This document shows, piece after piece, positions 31,981 to 32,000 of a DNA stretch of 32,000 nt; position 1 is the stretch's first letter; every line of letters starts with the position of its first letter. Source of the DNA: Erysipelotrichaceae bacterium MTC7. Lineage in GTDB: Bacteria > Bacillota_I > Bacilli_A > Erysipelotrichales > Erysipelotrichaceae. The notes under the pieces are model-generated. The model saw only the letters and a program-made list of their open reading frames with translations. It searched no databases and was not told the origin of the DNA. Location: assembly GCA_001695645.1 (NCBI GenBank), contig LVZN01000002.1, positions 52,417 to 84,416 on the forward strand. Reading direction: 5' to 3'. The position numbers were made by a program, and so were the translations under genes.

Positions 31981-32000
31981 GGTATAATTTATTTGTGAAA

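Overview
The window has two compositionally distinct parts, and every convincing gene is on the + strand. GC estimates below are by eye, not computed.

**Part 1 (1 to ~25.8 kb): GC-rich prophage.** This is the late, lysis and integration end of a siphovirus-type, HK97-fold prophage. Strong GGAGG Shine-Dalgarno sites suggest a Firmicutes/Clostridia-like host. Gene order:
- small accessory ORFs with their own promoters
- large terminase, portal, ClpP-type prohead protease, major capsid protein, head-tail connector set
- major tail protein, G/GT tail chaperone with a visible -1 slippery heptamer, tape measure
- Dit, a Tal-type protein with an extra N-terminal LamG-like region, two small paralogous ORFs, a GH18-domain tail protein
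- a self-contained moron, holin, and an amidase/glucosaminidase/SH3b endolysin
- an HTH/zinc-ribbon protein, a 58-aa ORF, and two overlapping large serine recombinases

**Part 2 (~25.8 to 32 kb): AT-rich resistance island.**
- It opens with an array of ~20-bp direct repeats and a 5'-truncated third large serine recombinase.
- An XRE regulator, a nucleotidyltransferase and a SAM methyltransferase follow.
- It ends with aadE, apt and spw, the known aadE-apt-spw(-lsa(E)-lnu(B)) multiresistance cluster.

**Observations most worth follow-up:**
1. A two-box promoter/operator cassette occurs four times. It sits in front of three small accessory genes and the recombinase operon, and the box spacing differs by one helical turn.
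2. The zinc-ribbon module in recombinase 1 is triplicated.
3. The iteron-like repeat array lies exactly at the GC break and recombinase truncation point.
4. The resistance island sits immediately downstream of the prophage, in the terL-to-integrase direction.

I saw no rRNA, tRNA or CRISPR array.
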